A stretch of 64,000 nt of DNA, taken from NCBI GenBank assembly GCA_965213815.1, contig OZ243917.1, forward strand, positions 1,626,832-1,690,831, given 5' to 3'. Below the pieces are notes generated by a model. That model searched no databases. It saw only the letters and a list, made by a program, of their open reading frames with translations, and was not told the DNA's origin. Each line of letters starts with the position of its first letter. Position 1 is the stretch's first letter. Below are positions 10,140-19,233 of this stretch, piece after piece. The position numbers and the translations under genes are program-made. The stretch is from Alphaproteobacteria bacterium (GTDB lineage Bacteria; Pseudomonadota; Alphaproteobacteria; SP197).

Positions 10140-10418
10140 AAGTGCGTTACAACAACAATCATATTTGCGTGTGATTCGGCCCCGCGACATCCCCTGCCTG
10201 TCGCACGACCTGGGCGTCACCGACCGGCCCCGTCACCCGGGAGCGGATGAGGAGGCGAAGCGACCAGAGGTCCGCACGCTCCTGGAGCACACAGTAGCCG
10301 GGTCACGAGATCGAGCCACGTCGCCGCCTTTGCCGATTCCCCCACTTGCGACAGGTGGTGGACGTCATGGCCCGCATCGTTGCGTCTTCCAGGCGCCCTG
10401 TGACGCACCTGCCGCCAG

Positions 10419-12131
10419 CTACAGGGCTTCGTGCGTGTCGGGTCCCGGTCGGGTTGAGCCGGGAATGGAAACATCGATGACGCGAATTTGGATCTTGCGT
10501 CTCTCGTCGGCAACGAGGGTCGACACCAGACGGCTTTCGAGTTCAAGCGAACTTGTGGCCGGTGGACCCGTCTCCGGCGGCGTGGGTCGGCAACGCTCGG
10601 TGTCTGCGAACCACAAGACAAGATAGATGCCATGTCCTTGCGTTTCCGGATCGACGGTGTAGCGGGCAATCAGCTGCGAGCGTACTGCACTCCAGAGATC
10701 GCGATGGCAGCTTCTCTTGATCTCCACGGGGATACTGAACCCCGCACAGGAAACACGCATGTCTGCCCGTTTGTCGTTGGCGTAGCGCCCTTCCGGCTGA
10801 ACGTCGATGCCAAGTGGCTTCAGCCTCGTCCGCAGATCAGACAACAACGCATCCCGGCACACGTCTTCCGGGCGAGGACTCGCCGGGCGGCCGTGACGAT
10901 CCACATTCCAGTACTGCTTCCAGTTGGAGGTATTGCCGTCGCGAATAGTGCGTGCAATCTGGTCCAGGTGTTCCAGGACCAGCGCCGCGAGGTCGGCCAC
11001 GTTTGCAGGTGCGCCGCCATCGAGGGTCCGAAGAACTCGCGCAGGATCGCAGTAGGCGAACTCGGCTTCGCGACGGGCTGCTGCTTGTCGGTACGCGGCC
11101 TCCATGAGAAGGGAACGCCAGGGAAGCAGGTCGTCGTCGGACGACAAGCCCCCAAGAGCGTGCGAAGCGCCTTGCGTCGGGATGCTCGCCAGTTGCTCCA
11201 TGCAATCCCGGACTCGATGGGCAGCACTCATTTCCGGCGTCACCATGACGCCTTCATCGGACTCGTTGCCAGGAGAGTATGGACGGCAGGAGGTGCCGAT
11301 GAGCCGGATCAGAAGCCGAAGCGCAGGCACACTCCGGCGGCACGTCAGATCGGGCGCGTTGCCGAACTGCCTCATCACAGCTTCCGCGAGGACACGAATG
11401 CGCCGCTCCTTGCCGGCGATACAGGACTCCAGTCGTCCAACGTAAGCCTCTGGTGCGATGCACAAGCCGGCGACCAGCCAGTGAACGCGCTGCGCCGCGC
11501 TCATTCGATGATCGGCATGCTTCTCGTCGATCAATGCCAGAAGCTGGTCACTGTCATAGTGGCGCCTGGCGGAGAGAAGCAGGTGGTCCAGGCTCGACAA
11601 CTGCCGGGATGCACAACGCACGGGAAATTGCCTGAGTAAAGGCATTGTGGCCAGGCGGGCAACGCCGGCATGGTCCGGAAAATGTGCCAGTTCATGGACA
11701 CCCGCAGGAGAGTCAGCACGCTTGCGCAGCTTCGACAGGGCGGACCTGACGAGCACATCGGCAACGACTTCCGCGTGGTTGGCAAGCGCCCAGACAAACC
11801 AGCGCGGCGGCCGGTCGGGATGCTGCGCAATGGGCCACATGGGCACGGTGTAGTGAACCGCAAGGGCGAGCCGCAAGCGCCGGAGGTCGATGACGACCGC
11901 AGTCTTGGTCAGTTCCTCCAGGCCCGCCATGAATGGCAGAGCGAGATAGTGCGTCTTACTTGCTGTTCCGAGGCGTATGACCTCCGTCACCGAAGGCAAA
12001 TCACTCCGGTCGATGGTCTTGCGAAACCCGGACAGAACGGCATCGATCAGGTTTTCGTCTCCGGCCAGGAGAGCATTCAGTCTGTCTCTCGGTGATGTGC
12101 CCCGAACGTTGAGGTATCCACCGAAGTACAC
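10419..12131 (-). CDS. Hypothetical 570-aa protein with a C-terminal PD-(D/E)xK-like nuclease motif (D-x13-EIK: ...ADMRVSCAGFSIPVEIKRS...). The large N-terminal domain is of unknown function. Candidate orphan defence nuclease. Start is GTG and uncertain.
   Basis: Long ORF with protein-like composition. The nuclease motif was recognised by eye. It sits in a toxin-antitoxin/defence-rich context. Confidence 0.5.
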   Translation of the reverse strand: MYFGGYLNVRGTSPRDRLNALLAGDENLIDAVLSGFRKTIDRSDLPSVTEVIRLGTASKTHYLALPFMAGLEELTKTAVVIDLRRLRLALAVHYTVPMWPIAQHPDRPPRWFVWALANHAEVVADVLVRSALSKLRKRADSPAGVHELAHFPDHAGVARLATMPLLRQFPVRCASRQLSSLDHLLLSARRHYDSDQLLALIDEKHADHRMSAAQRVHWLVAGLCIAPEAYVGRLESCIAGKERRIRVLAEAVMRQFGNAPDLTCRRSVPALRLLIRLIGTSCRPYSPGNESDEGVMVTPEMSAAHRVRDCMEQLASIPTQGASHALGGLSSDDDLLPWRSLLMEAAYRQAAARREAEFAYCDPARVLRTLDGGAPANVADLAALVLEHLDQIARTIRDGNTSNWKQYWNVDRHGRPASPRPEDVCRDALLSDLRTRLKPLGIDVQPEGRYANDKRADMRVSCAGFSIPVEIKRSCHRDLWSAVRSQLIARYTVDPETQGHGIYLVLWFADTERCRPTPPETGPPATSSLELESRLVSTLVADERRKIQIRVIDVSIPGSTRPGPDTHEAL

Positions 12132-12380
12132 CTTGGCGAGCTCGTGCAGAAGCTGGGGTCTTGCAGTGTTTGCGTGCAGCTCGTCCGCGTGAGGCTTTAC
12201 TTGGCTGTGCCAAACCGGTCGCTTCGTCCGTGACCGGGCCTCGAAGGGGGGCTGGAGATATCCCTGTTGGAAGTCGGGGCTCCAAGCTCAACCATTCTCC
12301 CGAGCCACAGACGACCCTCAGAAAAACCGCCGGTTCCCGGAGAAAAACACCCCGCCAGGCGCGTTTTGCAAGTGCCTCTA

Positions 12381-12398
12381 TTGAGTAAAATTACTCAA
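12381..12398. repeat. 18-bp perfect palindrome TTGAGTAAAATTACTCAA in an AT-rich patch, about 250 bp 5' of the 570-aa ORF. Possible regulator binding site.
   Basis: Read directly from the sequence. Confidence 0.3.
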
Positions 12399-12757
12399 TA
12401 CATTCGTGAACCGTGTCGATTCGTGACTGCTCACCCTGTGCTGGTTCTGGTCTTGGCTGCCAACCGCCCGGACATGTCAATCAGCAATCGCACCATCGTG
12501 GTGACCTGCGGCGCAAGAACGGCATCCTCGAGCATGCGGGACAGCTCCGGGCCAAGGGTCTCGATCTGGCCGGCGTGCTCATGCGTCGGCCTCGACGGTC
12601 ATCAGCGCCGCCATCACCGTCTATGAGGAGGGCCGGAAGGACTCAGTCGTCGTCTTCCCAGTCAGCTTCTTCCGCGCCAGCAGCTCGACGCTGTACGCGT
12701 CCGGCGAGCTCGAGCTGGTGGACTTTCCCGTCTGCGCAGGCGGCCAGGAGATCCTTC

Positions 12758-13135
12758 TTACTTGTCGAAGCGGGTGCGTGCATCAGGAAGCAGCTCGGGC
12801 AGGGCGGTGCCGACAAAACTCAAGAGGCGGACATCAGGCTCGTCGCCGACCTGGATGTCGTTGAAGCCGAGCAAGTCTTGCCGCTTTGCGCGGTCAGCCA
12901 GATCCTTATCGATGACGTGATAGAGTTGCTTGAGGGTTTGATGGAAGATTACGCCACACTCGCCGAGGACAATGAGTCGATCAAAGATGAAGGGCGAGCC
13001 AGTCCGGGGCAGGACGTTCGAAGTGAAGGATATGCCGCGTGGGCGGGACAGACTGCTGGTGAACAGTGCCGACCTTGTTACGCCCGGCTCTTCGCGACAT
13101 GGAGTGCGAGGGCTCAATGTCGAACGGAGAAACAT
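12758..13135 (-). CDS. Low-confidence small ORF. Only the C-terminal about 65 aa (...IFHQTLKQLYHVIDKDLADRAKRQDLLGFNDIQVGDEPDVRLLSFVGTALPELLPDARTRFDK) look protein-like. Possibly a gene fragment.
   Basis: Track ORF 12758..13312. The upstream part overlaps the cyclase 3' end and is S/T/R/P-rich. Confidence 0.2.
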   Translation of the reverse strand: MFLRSTLSPRTPCREEPGVTRSALFTSSLSRPRGISFTSNVLPRTGSPFIFDRLIVLGECGVIFHQTLKQLYHVIDKDLADRAKRQDLLGFNDIQVGDEPDVRLLSFVGTALPELLPDARTRFDK

Positions 13136-13178
13136 CCCTCTTTTCGAGAGTCGCTGATCCCGGAATGGGGCCTTGTCA

Positions 13179-15005
13179 TCATTCTCCCTCGAGAAGAAGC
13201 ACCTCGACCGGCGCGGCACGGCCCTTGACCGGGATCGTGCCGGCCTTGTTCGTGACAAAGTCGTGGCCTGCGTCACGGGCGGTTTCGGCGCTGATGGTAA
13301 TGGCCACCTCACACTCAGGCGCGATGTCCCGGCCCAGCTGTTCGAGACGTTGGGCGACGTTCACCGTGTCACCGATCACCGTGTAGTTCAGCCGGGTCGG
13401 ACTGCCGATGTTGGCCACGGTTGCCTGGCCGGAGTGGATGCCGATCCGCATGTGCAATGCCGCCACCGCGCAAGCCTTCCGTGCCCGGTTGTCCTCCCTG
13501 ATGCGCCGCCGTATGGCCAGTGCGGCCAGGCAGGCGCGCCGGGCGCGGTTCTTCTGCTTCTCCGGAGCCCCCCAGAAGGCCATGACGCCATCGCCGATGA
13601 ACTTGTCGACGGTGCCGCCCTCGGCCTCGATCTCCTCTGTCAGGATCGAGAAATGGTGGTTCAGCAGGGCCGTGACCGCGGCCGCGCTCATGCCCTCCGA
13701 GACTGTGGAGTATCCGGCGATATCGGTGAACATGACGGTGATGTTGCGGCGCTCCGACTCGAGTCCGGCCATGTTGCCTGAGTGCACCACCTGGCGGACC
13801 AGCGCCCTTGGGACATAGGCCTGGAACCATGCCAGGGCGCCGCGCATCGCGTTGAAAGCCTCCGCCTGGTGATCGAGTTCGATGACACGGCTGCCAGGCA
13901 GGCTCCGGATGCGGTCAAGGTCCATGCGTCCGACCATGTGGGCAGCGGCGGACAGCCTCTCGAGGGGACGCGACAGGCGACGTCCGATGATCATGGCGAC
14001 AAGCAGTGACACAAGGATGGCGGCCACGCCGATGACGACGGAATTGATGAGGCGCCCGAACTCCTCGTCAAAGACCTCGCTGCGATAGTAGGCGCCGACC
14101 AGGAACGGGACGGTGGTGTAGGCATCGATCGCCCGGTAGACGAAGACCAGTGTCGTGCCGTCGACTTCCACCGTGTGGCTCTCCATGTTGGTCGTTGCCG
14201 GCAGATCGATCCGCTCAAGGGTTTCGGGATCCCACATGCCGGCGAGAGCGGAATCGGCAAAGGTCTCCAGGCGAGGCAGGGGATCGGCGGCAGAAAGACC
14301 GGGATAGTCGTCGGCCATGAGGCTGTGGGCAAGGACCCGGTCTTGGCCGAAGAGGGCAAAGACCTGGCTCCTCAGGTTCTCGACAGTCGGTCCCATGCGT
14401 GCCGACAGCCGCCGCACACTGATAGCGGTGGCCAGCACCCCGAGAAACTCCCCGTTGCGCCGGACCGGCCATATGTAGGTCACGATTGTGACGTCATAGT
14501 CGGCTCTCCAGCCAGGCGGCATCCAGAAGGGCGCGTCGCCTGCAGCGGCCCTTGCCAGGGCTTCCGTGACAATCGGGTCGTCACCCGACGAGAGGCGGTA
14601 GGCCCGGGCCGGGGGATCGAGACGGTCGACAATCAGGGTCTCGCCATCCGGAAAGATGAAGGCATGGCCGCCGATGGCCGGGTCGGCGGCCATGGCGCCG
14701 GTCAGCAGCGATTCCAGACGCACGGCGTCGTCGACAGCGACCTTGCCCGTCTCCAGCATGCCGGCAACGAAAGCGGTCTGGGTCCGTGCGGCAGCGAAAT
14801 GGAGGTCGATCTCGCGGGCCACGAGAGAAACTCCGAGTTCCGCCTCATTGCGCAGGAGATCGATGGTGTTGCGGGTGGCGCCCGTCACGGTGATGCCCAG
14901 CACGGCCGCCATGGAGACGGTGATGAGTGTACCGAAGCACAACGACAGGACCAGCGACATCGACAGCCGCCAGCGTTTCGGCCCTCCCGTGTGTGCCTTG
15001 ACCAT
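13179..15005 (-). CDS. Membrane-anchored class III adenylate/guanylate cyclase. It has a periplasmic sensor region, a TM helix, a HAMP domain and a CYCc domain (FTDIAGYSTVSE, DKFIGDGVMAFWG). Start is probably MVKAH (15005) rather than the maximal 15122.
   Basis: Class III cyclase motifs in the 647-aa ORF. Confidence 0.8.
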   Translation of the reverse strand: MVKAHTGGPKRWRLSMSLVLSLCFGTLITVSMAAVLGITVTGATRNTIDLLRNEAELGVSLVAREIDLHFAAARTQTAFVAGMLETGKVAVDDAVRLESLLTGAMAADPAIGGHAFIFPDGETLIVDRLDPPARAYRLSSGDDPIVTEALARAAAGDAPFWMPPGWRADYDVTIVTYIWPVRRNGEFLGVLATAISVRRLSARMGPTVENLRSQVFALFGQDRVLAHSLMADDYPGLSAADPLPRLETFADSALAGMWDPETLERIDLPATTNMESHTVEVDGTTLVFVYRAIDAYTTVPFLVGAYYRSEVFDEEFGRLINSVVIGVAAILVSLLVAMIIGRRLSRPLERLSAAAHMVGRMDLDRIRSLPGSRVIELDHQAEAFNAMRGALAWFQAYVPRALVRQVVHSGNMAGLESERRNITVMFTDIAGYSTVSEGMSAAAVTALLNHHFSILTEEIEAEGGTVDKFIGDGVMAFWGAPEKQKNRARRACLAALAIRRRIREDNRARKACAVAALHMRIGIHSGQATVANIGSPTRLNYTVIGDTVNVAQRLEQLGRDIAPECEVAITISAETARDAGHDFVTNKAGTIPVKGRAAPVEVLLLEGE

Positions 15006-15120
15006 GGTGCCCCGCCCCAGTTGCCCATCAAGCCTGATGAAGGATAGCAAGTGCCGCTGGAATTCATCCACAGACCGCGTTCCCCCTGCCGCGACAGCCT
15101 TTAGGCTGCCGGCAGGGAAC

Positions 15121-16524
15121 ATGCCAAGGACGAAGGGTATGCCACGACTGCCTGATACCGTCGCCTACTACGTCGAACCCCGCATGGCCCGTATCTTCGT
15201 TTTGGGGATCATCAGCGGGTTCCCCTGGGTCCTGATCGGCAGCAGCCTCAATCTCTGGCTCCAGGAGGACGGTCTTTCCCGCAGCACCATCGGCTGGGCC
15301 GGGCTCATCTTCGGCGTCTATGCCTTCAATTTTCTGTGGGCGCCGCTCGTCGACCGTATCCGGATTCCTGTGCTCACGGACTGGATCGGCCACCGGCGCG
15401 CCTGGATCGTCGTCCTCCAGGCGGTCATTCTGGCAAGTCTGGTCATCTGGAGCCTCGTCGATCCCGTGGCCAACCTTGCGGCGGTGATCGGCGTCGGTCT
15501 CGTCATCGCCATCGCCTCGGCGACCCAGGACATCACCATCGACGCCCTGAGGATCGAGCAGGTCGGCCCGGCAGAATCCGAGGCCATGGCCGCCGGTGCG
15601 GCGACGGCCGTGGTGGGCTGGTGGACCGGCTACAAGCTCGGCGGAATCGTCGCCCTCGAGACGGCCCAGCGCTTCCAGGATGCCGGCATTGCAAACTACT
15701 GGCAGATGACCTTCCTGGTGCTGGGAGCCGTGGTCATCGCCTGCAACATGGCGCTGATGTTCGTCTCCGAGGCCCCGGCCACCAACCGCGTCGAACGCCA
15801 GGCGGATGACGAGGAGGCACTGGCGCGCACGTTGCCCCGTCCGCTGGCCTGGCTCGGCGCCACCGTCGCCGGGCCGTTGATGAGTTTCTTCCGCAAGAAC
15901 GGCCTTGCCATCGCCCTTGCCATCCTCGGCTTCATCTTCCTTTTCAAGATCGGCGAGGCCTTCCTCGGGCGCATGTCGCTCGTCTTCTACAAGGAGGTCG
16001 GGTTCACCAAGTCGGACATCGCGCTCTATTCCAAGGGGCTGGGCTGGATCACGACGCTGGCCTTTTCCGTGCTGGGCGGCCTCCTTGCCATCCGCATCGG
16101 GCTCATCCGGGCGATGTTCGTCTCCGGTCTTGCCATGGCGGCGACCAACCTGCTCTTTGCCGCGCTGGCCTGGACCGGGCGTTCGGAACTTCTCTTCGGC
16201 GCCGCCGTCATCATGGACGACCTGACGAGCGCCTTTGCCACGGTGACCTTCGTTGCCTTCATCTCGATGCTGGTCGATCGCACCTACACGGCGACGCAGT
16301 ATGCCCTGATGGCCTCCATCGGCACCGCCGGGAGAACGCTCTTTGCCGCCTCCTCGGGCGAACTCGTCGACTGGCTCGACGGCGACTGGGGCGCCTTCTT
16401 CATCATCACCACCGTCATGGTGCTCCCCTCCCTCATCTGCCTCTTCCTCATCCGCCATCGCCTTGCCGACATGCTGGCCGGCGCCCGCGTGCGCCTCTTC
16501 ACGAAGGAGGCCGATTCCTCCTGA
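15121..16524 (+). CDS. ampG: AmpG-family MFS permease (muropeptide transporter). Motif FLWAPLVDR, 12-14 TM helices.
   Basis: Motifs in track ORF 14656..16524; the true start is MPRTKGMPRLPD at 15121. The 5' part of the track ORF is antisense to the cyclase. Confidence 0.75.
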   Translation: MPRTKGMPRLPDTVAYYVEPRMARIFVLGIISGFPWVLIGSSLNLWLQEDGLSRSTIGWAGLIFGVYAFNFLWAPLVDRIRIPVLTDWIGHRRAWIVVLQAVILASLVIWSLVDPVANLAAVIGVGLVIAIASATQDITIDALRIEQVGPAESEAMAAGAATAVVGWWTGYKLGGIVALETAQRFQDAGIANYWQMTFLVLGAVVIACNMALMFVSEAPATNRVERQADDEEALARTLPRPLAWLGATVAGPLMSFFRKNGLAIALAILGFIFLFKIGEAFLGRMSLVFYKEVGFTKSDIALYSKGLGWITTLAFSVLGGLLAIRIGLIRAMFVSGLAMAATNLLFAALAWTGRSELLFGAAVIMDDLTSAFATVTFVAFISMLVDRTYTATQYALMASIGTAGRTLFAASSGELVDWLDGDWGAFFIITTVMVLPSLICLFLIRHRLADMLAGARVRLFTKEADSS

Positions 16525-16710
16525 GCCTCCAGGGCACGGCGCCCGTGGCAAGCCCTCTCCCGCTGAAGCCGTGACACAACCTCGCCTTCGATCCCGCCGA
16601 TCAGGGGGGCTGCCGCCCGTGTGACCCCATATCCCCGTAGCCGTTCTCTTTCCGCCGAAGGAGGGGCCACATCCCAAGATGACCCTTGACTGTCTCGCGC
16701 GTGTCGCCAT

Positions 16711-18849
16711 ATGAAGGAACATAAGCAGAACAAACAAGGGCAGGGGGCCATGGTTGCCAGTATCGCCCAGCTCACGTCGGCAGCGACGTCCGTGCGCTAC
16801 TATGCCAGGGAAGGCCGGGTACCGGATGATGAACACCGCCTGGCGAGCAGGTGGCACGGGAAGGGTGCCGCACGTCTGGGGCTCGCCGGACCGGTGGATG
16901 CCGAACCCTTCCAGGCGGTTCTTGAAGGGCATGTGCCCGGCACGGCTCTTCGCCTTGGGTCACGGCGCAAGGGCCGGCATCACCATGTGCCTGGAGTTGA
17001 TCTCGTCTTCTCGGCGCCCAAGTCCGTGGCCCTCGAAGCGCTCATCGAAGGCAACGAGCGCGTGGTCGCGGCCCATGATCATGCCACCAGGGAGGCGCTC
17101 ACCCTTGTCGAGAAGCGCTTCCTCGAGACGAGAGGGTACGATTCCACAACGCGCAAGCGGCCCCGGATCCGGGCCGGCCACCTGGTGGCCGCGATGTTTC
17201 GTCACGAAGCCAGCCGCAACCTGGACCCGCAGATCCATACGCACTGCGTAATCGCCAACATGACGTGGCAGGGATCAAGGTGGCGACCTGTGGATGCGAC
17301 AGCGCTGCGCCGCAACCGGAATCTCATCGGTGCCCTCTACCGGAACATTCTGGCGGCCAGGCTGCATGACCTGGGCCTTGTCATGGTGGCAACGATGATC
17401 GGCCGCGTTCCCGGTTTCGAGATTGCCGGCTACGACCAGGCCTTCCTCGATGAATTCTCCAGCCGGCGCCGCGAGATCCTGGAACACCTCGACCGCCTGG
17501 GCCTGCCACGCACGTCGCGCGCCCTCGCGGTCGCCCAGCGCGTCACGAGACAGCGCAAGGAGGTTCGCGACATCACCAGCCTCAGCCGCGAATGGAAGGA
17601 GCGCGCCACCCGCCTCTCCCTCAACCGCAAGAACGTGCCCCGGCCCCCCAATTCGCCGTGGCCCGATCTCCCTCCGCTCGAGATTGTCTGGCGCACCCTC
17701 GATGATCTCGAGGCCCGCAACCTGGTCATCAACCGGGCGGATCTCGAGGCGACCGCGCTGGCTCATGCCCCCGGGCGCCACGCCCCGCAGGCCATCCATG
17801 ATGCCATCGCCAGGCTCGCCCGGGATGGCCATCTCCTCGAAACCCGTCATCCCCGCATCGATCATGCCTTCACCACGCCGCGCCTCGACGAGGCGAGGGA
17901 CGTGCTCGCCGCCTGGGCCAGCGCCCCGCAAACCGGAACCCTGGCGCTCACGCCGCACGCTCCGGAGAGTCTCGCCGCCGTCCTCTCCAGCGACCGCCAG
18001 GTGGTGAGGCTCCACCACGCCGCCGGCGATTCCCCCTTGCGCTCCCTCCTCGAGAATTCATCCAACAGCCTCTTCGTCGTCCCGCACGCCTCCGCGATCC
18101 CCCCGCTCGCCATGGCAGCCCTCGCCACGCAACATGGATCAGCCCGGGTGGTGCTCATGACGTCCGCCGGTGAACGGCCGAGCCCGGCGCTCTCCTTCCT
18201 GGCCCAGGCAGGCCTCGAGACCGTGCGCACTCAGCCCGATCCCGGCCTCGTCGCCACCGCCCGCCTCCTCCACCCCGACAACGAGGAGGCGGTCATCGAG
18301 GTCGACCATGCCCGCCTCGCCGACGAGGCCCGCGATCTCATGGCAGCCCTCTCTCCCGGAACCACCGCCTTTCTCGCCGCCACACCCGACCTCGAACAGG
18401 AGATCCAGCATGCCTTCAACGAGTGGAGGGATCCCGCGACCATCATCGAGCGCAGCACCGGCCCCTTCACCCTCTACGATGGCAACCGTATCCACATCCC
18501 CGATGCCGGCATGGCCACCATCGAGGGATGCCGGATCACCCTCGACTCCGGCCACCACCTCGACCCCAACGACAGCCGCCTCACTCGTCTCGTCCCAGCC
18601 TGGGCCCACGTTACGAGGGCGACGCGCAGCGCCATCATCGTCCTCGACTCGGGCGATCCGGACGGCCAGGCCTCCTTCGCTCGCCGCATCCAGACCACCT
18701 TCGATGAGTGCGTCATCCTCACCGACAACCTCGAGGATCTCCTGGGCCAGAAAAGCCTCCTGCAGGCCACATACCGCGATCTGACACTGCTCGAAGCGCC
18801 AGCCCAACGCCAGGAGCGCTCATCCGCCCACCGGCTCTCCCTTGGCTGA
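16711..18849 (+). CDS. MobF/TrwC-TraI-family conjugative relaxase. N-terminal relaxase domain (LTSAATSVRYY, GVDLVFSAPKSV, HEASRNLDPQIHTHCVIAN). The C-terminal half has no recognisable Walker-A helicase motif.
   Basis: Relaxase motifs I-III recognised by eye. Confidence 0.75.
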   Translation: MKEHKQNKQGQGAMVASIAQLTSAATSVRYYAREGRVPDDEHRLASRWHGKGAARLGLAGPVDAEPFQAVLEGHVPGTALRLGSRRKGRHHHVPGVDLVFSAPKSVALEALIEGNERVVAAHDHATREALTLVEKRFLETRGYDSTTRKRPRIRAGHLVAAMFRHEASRNLDPQIHTHCVIANMTWQGSRWRPVDATALRRNRNLIGALYRNILAARLHDLGLVMVATMIGRVPGFEIAGYDQAFLDEFSSRRREILEHLDRLGLPRTSRALAVAQRVTRQRKEVRDITSLSREWKERATRLSLNRKNVPRPPNSPWPDLPPLEIVWRTLDDLEARNLVINRADLEATALAHAPGRHAPQAIHDAIARLARDGHLLETRHPRIDHAFTTPRLDEARDVLAAWASAPQTGTLALTPHAPESLAAVLSSDRQVVRLHHAAGDSPLRSLLENSSNSLFVVPHASAIPPLAMAALATQHGSARVVLMTSAGERPSPALSFLAQAGLETVRTQPDPGLVATARLLHPDNEEAVIEVDHARLADEARDLMAALSPGTTAFLAATPDLEQEIQHAFNEWRDPATIIERSTGPFTLYDGNRIHIPDAGMATIEGCRITLDSGHHLDPNDSRLTRLVPAWAHVTRATRSAIIVLDSGDPDGQASFARRIQTTFDECVILTDNLEDLLGQKSLLQATYRDLTLLEAPAQRQERSSAHRLSLG

Positions 18850-19139
18850 GAGGTAGCCGAAGCGTTTCATCTGCTCACCATGGTCCGCACAGATCCGCCG
18901 CACCTGCCCTCGCTCAGTTCCTTCCTCCACCCCCTGGAACAGATCCCGGTGCGGGGTATGTGCGCGCGCACTTTCGGCTGTGAAAGTGCCGTGATTCGAT
19001 CACATTGAGCAATCTCGGCGATCTTGCGCGAAGTCCGCCGAGGGGCTTGTTGTCATCTGGAAACTTCCACTCAAGTGTCCTCGCAGGGCCATCATGCGTA
19101 TGGCTCAGACCCCGCCTGCCGTGCGTCACGTAACGGGCC
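18850..19139 (-). pseudogene. Degenerate 3' remnant (about the last 95 codons, frameshifted) of a fourth sulfotransferase paralogue (...HDGPARTL..GLRARSPRLLNVIESRHF...QVRRICADHGEQMKRFGYLS). It is 5'-truncated by the ISAzo13 end at 19141.
   Basis: Hand translation of the minus strand. Homology to the C-termini of the three sulfotransferases at 47.7-59.1 kb. Confidence 0.45.
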
Positions 19140-19140
19140 T

Positions 19141-19233
19141 TAGGGCTCTCGCCAGAATAACTTGTCCTTCTTGGTGGGATCAGTTATCCCTGCTACCATG
19201 GATGGTATGGTTGACACGCTACGCTCCAAGTTT
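19141..19233 (+). mobile_element. Solo left end (about 93 bp: IRL plus first 24 transposase codons) of the ISAzo13-family IS that is complete at 28097-29406. It was truncated by insertion of the 2.4-kb IS.
   Basis: Near-identical to 28097-28190 (TTAGGGCTCTCGCC...ACGCTCCAAGTTT). Confidence 0.6.

Noticed and set aside
12413-13228. 271-aa plus-strand ORF between the nuclease-like gene and the cyclase.
   Set aside because: R/A/S-rich with no motifs, and it overlaps the cyclase 3' end. The more protein-like reading is on the minus strand, and even that is kept only at low confidence.
15064-16932. 622-aa minus-strand ORF, G/R/D/E-rich.
   Set aside because: It is antisense to ampG in a high-GC region and has low-complexity composition. 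It is a spurious long ORF.
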